A stretch of 64,000 nucleotides of DNA from Acidimicrobiaceae bacterium (GTDB lineage Bacteria > Actinomycetota > Acidimicrobiia > Acidimicrobiales > RAAP-2). Numbering within the stretch: the first letter of the stretch is position 1; each line of letters opens with the position of its first letter. A model generated the notes under the pieces. The model was not told the DNA's origin, ran no database searches, and saw only the letters and a program-made list of their open reading frames with translations. Shown piece after piece: positions 62,356-64,000 of the stretch. The translations under genes and the position numbers were made by a program. The stretch spans positions 805-64,804 of the forward strand of contig PLZW01000038.1 in NCBI GenBank assembly GCA_003153575.1. Direction: 5' to 3'.

Positions 62356-62787
62356 ATGGCTGACGCAACGCTGTACTTCGAGGACGTCACCGAGGGCGAC
62401 GAAGCTCCCGAGCTGGCCCACGTCCTGACCCGCACCGACCTGGTGACGTATGCGGGAGCTTCGGGCGACTACAACCCGATGCACCACGACGAGGTAAAGG
62501 CCATGGCCGCCGGCCAGCCGAGCGTCTTCGGTCACGGGATGTTCTCCATGGGCCTGCTCGGGACGGCGATCACCGACTACGTCGGGGCCGGCAACGTCAC
62601 GCGGTTCACCGTCAGGTTCGCCCGCCAGACGTGGCCCGACGAGGAGCTGCGGTCCAAGATCGTGGTCACCGGAAAGCGGAAGGAAGGCGACGCCCACCTG
62701 GTCGACCTCGACGTCCGGCTGCACAACGCGGCGGGCGAGGAGAAGGTGGTCGGCGAGGCCACCGCCGCCGTCCCCTCCCGGGCCTGA
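62356..62787 (+). CDS. MaoC-like (R)-specific enoyl-CoA hydratase (hotdog)
   Basis: 143 aa with a GGGAGGA SD. Motif: YAGASGDYNPMHHDE. Confidence 0.88.
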   Translation: MADATLYFEDVTEGDEAPELAHVLTRTDLVTYAGASGDYNPMHHDEVKAMAAGQPSVFGHGMFSMGLLGTAITDYVGAGNVTRFTVRFARQTWPDEELRSKIVVTGKRKEGDAHLVDLDVRLHNAAGEEKVVGEATAAVPSRA

Positions 62788-62942
62788 GGTCCCGTAGGGG
62801 CACGGCGCCGGCGGGAGCGCCACCCCGTGCGTCCCCCGGGGCTCCGTGGTCGGCGGGTACAGTCGACCGGGGTCGGGTCTCGGTGCCGTCGTCACCCGGC
62901 CGGACCAGGCGTCGGCAGGCGGGACGAGGACCGAGGAGGGCT

Positions 62943-64000
62943 GTGGAGCGTCGGCAGAGGCAGCGGCCGGCCCCCCTCTCCAAGGGCACGGGATCGGCTG
63001 CCGCCCTGGCCACGTTGGTCCTCGCCGCATCCTCGATCGCCGGGTGCGGCAATGTCACGGTGCTGACCGTCTCCCACGCCGGGGACACCGACGGGGTCAC
63101 GGCCACCTCGATCCGGGTGGGGGCGCTCGGCTCCTTCAGCGGGTTCGCCGCATCGTCCTTCGCCCCGGTCACGACCGGGGCAGCCGTCTACTTCGACCAG
63201 CTCAATGCCTCCGGCGGTGTCTACGGCCGCAAGATCGTCTACGCGCCGATCGTCGACGACGGCACCTCGCCCTCGGGCAACACCGCCGGGGCCCAGCGGC
63301 TGGTCCAGTCCAAGGTGTTCGCGGTGGTCGGGGTGGGCACCCCCTTCTTCACCGGCTCATCGATCCTCCGCTCCCAGGCAGTGCCCACCTTCGGCATCCA
63401 GGAGAACACCAATGCGCAGTGGTCGGGGCCCACCATGTTCGGGGCCGGCGGCTCGTTCAGCGCGCCGACCCTGCCCATGCCGCAGGTGGCCTACGTCGCC
63501 CAGGAGACCCACTCCCACGTCGCCGCCGTGCTGGCCTACAACGTCGCCCAGTCGTCCGGTGGGTGCGTGTCCGTGGTCCGGGGGCTGGCCAAGTACCACG
63601 TGAAGACTCCGGTCGTGGACTTCTCCATCCCCTACGGGGCGGCCACACTCGATGCCGACGTGACCCGGATGCAGCAGGACCACGTGGACTTCGTGGCGAC
63701 CTGCATGGACTCCACCGGGAACATCAAGCTCTCCCAGACGCTCCAACAGCACGGGATGGGATCGGCCACCCAGTACTGGCTCGACGGGTATGACACCGGG
63801 ATCCTGCACAACAACCAGTCCGCCTACCAGGGGGTCTACTTCTTCCTGCAGCAGACGCCGTTCGAGGCGTCCGCCCTCTACCACGGTGTCTATCCGGGGA
63901 TCGACGCCTTCAACGCCGCCCTGGCCCGGTACGCTCCGGGCACGGCGCCGTCGGGCACCGCGCTCGCCGGTTGGGTGAGCGCCGACCTGTTCACCCAGGG
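62943..64000 (+). CDS. Lipoprotein ABC substrate-binding protein, Leu/Ile/Val-binding (type 1 PBP) family; 3' end lies beyond the window
   Basis: Absent from the ORF track (no stop). My translation from GTG 62943 is VERRQRQRPAPLSKGTGSAAALATLVLAASSIAGCGNVTVLTV...VYFDQLNASGGVYGRKIVYAPIVDD... It has the lipobox IAGC and a GAGGAGGG SD just upstream. Confidence 0.8.
   Translation, partial: MERRQRQRPAPLSKGTGSAAALATLVLAASSIAGCGNVTVLTVSHAGDTDGVTATSIRVGALGSFSGFAASSFAPVTTGAAVYFDQLNASGGVYGRKIVYAPIVDDGTSPSGNTAGAQRLVQSKVFAVVGVGTPFFTGSSILRSQAVPTFGIQENTNAQWSGPTMFGAGGSFSAPTLPMPQVAYVAQETHSHVAAVLAYNVAQSSGGCVSVVRGLAKYHVKTPVVDFSIPYGAATLDADVTRMQQDHVDFVATCMDSTGNIKLSQTLQQHGMGSATQYWLDGYDTGILHNNQSAYQGVYFFLQQTPFEASALYHGVYPGIDAFNAALARYAPGTAPSGTALAGWVSADLFTQ

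Overview
This is a GC-rich chromosomal segment. Hand counts of single 60-nt lines gave 47/60 G+C at 36001 and 32/60 at 48361; I did not compute a window-wide value. Gene content and signals look Actinomycetota-like: F420-type LLM oxidoreductases, a PIG-L deacetylase, alpha/beta-type lipid or steroid acyl-CoA dehydrogenases, TANNNT -10 boxes, and many GTGA/ATGA start-stop overlaps.

I support about 59 protein-coding genes. Two are cut by the window edges and are missing from the ORF track: a Rieske protein at 1..226(-) and a lipoprotein solute-binding protein at 62943..64000(+). Many ORF-track entries are antisense or out-of-frame artefacts of the high GC content, and several real genes needed their 5' ends trimmed.

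Functional blocks:
- 1-2.4 kb: a lower-GC, partly decayed region.
- 2.9-14.7 kb: lipid or steroid-side-chain-type beta-oxidation genes (SDR, crotonase, thiolase-like proteins, an alpha/beta ACAD pair, P450, GMC oxidoreductase, thiolase+DUF35).
- 16.3-21.2 kb: a five-gene minus-strand operon (ABC-2 exporter, PIG-L deacetylase, SDR, Zn-ADH).
- 21.4-36.6 kb: a glycoside and sugar-acid locus (SBP, PhyH, GH13, ThuA, GH78, GH1, GH4, then a dehydrogenase-aldolase-kinase-LarA cassette).
- 36.7-41.8 kb: a Liv-type ABC transporter without a binding protein, whose LivF ATPase is fused to a 12-TM MFS domain.
- 41.7-47.3 kb: assorted oxidoreductases and hydrolases.
- 47.3-50.3 kb: a lower-GC patch holding a secreted 42-aa-repeat protein interrupted by one in-frame TGA.
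- 50.7-62.8 kb: a second acyl-CoA module that includes a naturally fused beta-alpha ACAD.

I saw no rRNA, tRNA, CRISPR array, transposase or integrase, and no recognisable transcription factor.

The best leads are the MFS::LivF hybrid transporter, the LarA-homologue cassette, the fused ACAD, the in-frame TGA, and a 13-bp perfect inverted repeat flanking 120 bp of non-coding DNA. All family calls rest on motif recognition by eye; no database search was possible.
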